Part shown: positions 61,879-64,000 of the stretch, one piece after another
Numbering within the stretch: position 1 is the stretch's first letter
How the letters are laid out: each line of letters starts with the position of its first letter
Source: an uncultured Thermoleophilia bacterium
GTDB lineage: Bacteria > Actinomycetota > Thermoleophilia > UBA2241
Direction of reading: 5' to 3'
NCBI GenBank assembly: GCA_963702475.1
Contig: CAVPCT010000006.1
Span: 289,405-353,404 of the forward strand
Length of the DNA: 64,000 bases
Notes under the pieces: generated by a model
What the model saw: the letters and a program-made list of their open reading frames with translations, nothing else
What the model was told of the DNA's origin: nothing
Databases searched by the model: none
Made by a program: the position numbers and the translations under genes

Positions 61879-62922
61879 ATGGGACTGATCAGGTTCGAGC
61901 GCAGCGAGGAGAGGGCCGTCTTCCACAGCCCGCTCGCCGGTATGGAGCTTGCGGAACAGGTCATCGAGGTCCGGCGCGATCCCCTCACCGGCATGACGGC
62001 CGTCGCCTCCGCGGAGCTGCGCACCAAGGAGGAGACCTTCTACGGCAAGACCGACTGGGCCTACGCCGACGCGCTGGCTGCCGCGACCCGGGAGGGCTGC
62101 TTCTTCTGCCCGGAGAAGGTGCTGCAGTCCACGCCCAGGTATCCTGACAACGTGCTGCCGGGCGGGCGCCTGGAGCGAGGCCGGGCCTTGGTCTTCCCGA
62201 ACCTGTTCCCGTTGGCGGGCCTTCACGCGGTGGTGACGTTCCCCGAGAAGCACTTCCTGCGGCCGTCGCAGTTCACCCCCGACCTGCTCGAGGAGGGCGT
62301 CGGCGCGGCGGTCGAGTTCATGGGCCGCGCCGAGCTGGCGTACCCCGACCTGGAGCACCTCGAGCTGTGCTGCAACAACATGCTGCCGGCCGGTGCGAGC
62401 CTTGTGCACCCGCACTTCCAGGTGTTCGGAGGACCGGCCGTGCCGTGGCTCCTGCGCTACGTGTGGGAGCGCGCCGAGGCCTTCGTCGCCGAGCACGGCA
62501 CGTCGTACTGGCGCGCCCTCGTGGACGAGGAGAGGGAGCTCGGCGAGCGGTTCGTTTTCGAGGACGCCGGCGTCGCCTGGCTGGCGTCGTTCGCGCCGAC
62601 CGGCGGGCGCGAGTTCGTCGGTGTCGTGCCCGGCGTGCGGCGCGCGAGCGGGCTGGACGAGGCGCAGGTGGCGGCGCTCGCCGCCGGCCTGTCCAAGGTG
62701 CTCGCGCTGTACGAGGACGAAGGCCTCTCCGCGTTCAACTTCACGCTGGGCGGCGGGCCGCTCGCGGGCAGCGTCGACGTCCACGCCGTCACCTTGCGCG
62801 TGATCGCACGCTCGGCGTTCAAGCCCGACTACCGCACCGACGACTACTTCCTGCAGAAGCAGCTCGGCGGCGAGCTCATCTTCATCCCGCCCGAGGAGCT
62901 CGCCGCGACGCTGCGCGGCTGA
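61879..62922 (+). CDS. Galactose-1-phosphate uridylyltransferase-like (GalT/HIT superfamily) nucleotidyltransferase
   Basis: GCFFCPEK (CxxC) and SLVHPHFQVFGG (HxHxQ). The ATG follows GGGGAGGG, at aa 28 of ORF 61798-62922. Confidence 0.78.
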   Translation: MGLIRFERSEERAVFHSPLAGMELAEQVIEVRRDPLTGMTAVASAELRTKEETFYGKTDWAYADALAAATREGCFFCPEKVLQSTPRYPDNVLPGGRLERGRALVFPNLFPLAGLHAVVTFPEKHFLRPSQFTPDLLEEGVGAAVEFMGRAELAYPDLEHLELCCNNMLPAGASLVHPHFQVFGGPAVPWLLRYVWERAEAFVAEHGTSYWRALVDEERELGERFVFEDAGVAWLASFAPTGGREFVGVVPGVRRASGLDEAQVAALAAGLSKVLALYEDEGLSAFNFTLGGGPLAGSVDVHAVTLRVIARSAFKPDYRTDDYFLQKQLGGELIFIPPEELAATLRG

Positions 62923-63099
62923 GACCTGATGGCGAGCGCGCGCGGGCGGGCAGCAGACCCCCGCGGGGGGGTGCCCGCCCGCGCACCCTGCCGCAGCCAC
63001 GGCTGCGCCCGGCGCGGCCTCACACCCGCGTCGGCGTTGCCGCACCCGGTCGCCGCCGTGGCACGGGGTTCGCCGCGGCGCCGGTGATAGTCTCGGCTC

Positions 63100-64000
63100 G
63101 TGGAACCCGATCCTCAGCGTGTCCCCCGCGGCCGCCGAGACGTCTCCGTGTTCATCGCCGTCCTTGGGGGCGTGTGCATGCTCAGCGCGCTCGCGAGCGA
63201 CCTGTTCCAGCCCGGCCTCCCGGCTGTGGCGGCGGACCTGCAGGCGAGCACCGGCGCCGTCCAGTTGACGGTCACGGCGATGCTGTTCGGTTCGGCCGTC
63301 GGCCAGCTCGCGGTGGGGCCCCTCAGCGACAGCGTCGGGCGTATGAAGCCACTGCTCGCGGGTCTGGCGCTGTTCGTCGTGGCGTCGCTGCTGTGCACGG
63401 TGGCGCCTTCGGTCGGCTTCCTCATCGCGATGCGCCTGCTACAGGGCATCGCCGCCGCCACGGGCATCGCCCTGGCCAACGCCATGGTGGCCGACCACTT
63501 CCGTGACACGGAAGCGGCGCGGGTCCTCTCCCGCCTGGTCATGGTGAGCCTGTTGCCGCCGATCCTCGCTCCGCTCGTCGGCGGCCAGCTCCTGCGCGTC
63601 GCGTCGTGGCGGTGGCTCTTCGTGGTCATGGCCGCCGTCGGCGTGGCTCTGCTGGTCGCCGCAGTGCTCGGGCTTCGGGAGAGTCTTCCCCCCGAGCGGC
63701 GCTCGCGGGAGGGCCTGCGCACGGTGATCGTGGGGATGGGCGGGCTCTGGCGCGACGCGGGTTTCACCGGTCTCACGGTCTCGGCGGCCTTGATGATAGG
63801 CGCGTTCTTCGCGTATCTGACGGCGGCCTCGTTCGTGATGCAGGACGAGTTCGGACTCTCGCCGGCGGCCTTCGGCGTGCTGTTCAGCGTCAACGCCTGC
63901 GGCATGGCGGCTGCCACCTACCTGAACCACGTGCTGCTCGCGTGGTTCACGCCGCGTGCGCTGCTCACCGCCGGGGTCGCCGGGTGCGTCGCCGGCTCCG
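63100..64000 (+). CDS. MFS drug-resistance transporter (Bcr/CflA-like), 3' end beyond the right edge
   Basis: The frame is open from the stop at 63088-63090 to the window end. Contains FQPGLPAVAADLQAS...AVGQLAVGPLSDSVGRMKPLL and LLQGIAAATG. GTG 63100 or GTG 63148 is the start. Confidence 0.78.
   Translation, partial: MEPDPQRVPRGRRDVSVFIAVLGGVCMLSALASDLFQPGLPAVAADLQASTGAVQLTVTAMLFGSAVGQLAVGPLSDSVGRMKPLLAGLALFVVASLLCTVAPSVGFLIAMRLLQGIAAATGIALANAMVADHFRDTEAARVLSRLVMVSLLPPILAPLVGGQLLRVASWRWLFVVMAAVGVALLVAAVLGLRESLPPERRSREGLRTVIVGMGGLWRDAGFTGLTVSAALMIGAFFAYLTAASFVMQDEFGLSPAAFGVLFSVNACGMAAATYLNHVLLAWFTPRALLTAGVAGCVAGS

Noticed and set aside
1-64000. tRNA, rRNA, transposase/integrase, prophage or large defence-system genes
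   Set aside because: I scanned for T-arm-like GGTTCGAATCC-type sequences, rRNA-like low-GC blocks, DDE or tyrosine-recombinase motifs, and large ATPase/nuclease genes, and found none. The only defence-related content is hicBA and the decayed type I R-M locus.

Overview
Very GC-rich (about 70% by eye, not computed), densely coding chromosomal segment with about 64 protein-coding genes or gene fragments on both strands. I recognised no rRNA, tRNA, CRISPR array, transposase or integrase. Strong GGAGG-type ribosome-binding sites, many 4-nt ATGA/GTGA start-stop overlaps and the family content (GT87/DUF2029, NmrA-like, PucR, TetR, membrane alpha/beta-hydrolase) suggest a high-GC Gram-positive (Actinomycetota-like) genome; that assignment is inference only. 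Housekeeping anchors are gltX, typA/bipA, rpiA and msrA. The most interesting locus is a minus-strand operon (14736-20449): a 4x[4Fe-4S] ferredoxin, an AOR-family aldehyde:ferredoxin oxidoreductase, a MoaD/ThiS-like GG protein, and a three-subunit NuoE/NuoF/FeS module with the domain layout of HydBC-type (Bfu-like) flavin modules. Directly upstream sits a translationally coupled FIST sensor plus PucR-type regulator pair. Other notable content: (1) an etfB-etfA-acyl-CoA dehydrogenase operon bracketed by related, inverted, duplicated ~50-nt repeats; (2) a secreted HExxHxxGxxD metalloprotease next to two tandem double-SH3 paralogs; (3) a hicBA toxin-antitoxin pair beside the wreck of a type I restriction-modification locus; (4) two group II PLP decarboxylases; (5) a class II aldolase fused to a glutamate-1-semialdehyde-aminomutase-like domain; (6) a PAP2-HAD fusion; (7) several envelope enzymes (SGNH-like, CapA, GT87). 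Several signalling genes look decayed: an HD-GYP tail fragment, a PAS head fragment, and a receiver domain that lacks conserved residues and reads through a terminator. Many long ORFs in the six-frame track are antisense or alternate-frame artefacts of the high GC content and were rejected. Start codons were mostly chosen by position within the supplied ORFs plus ribosome-binding-site inspection, so they are less certain than stops. All family assignments come from motif reading by eye, not from searches.
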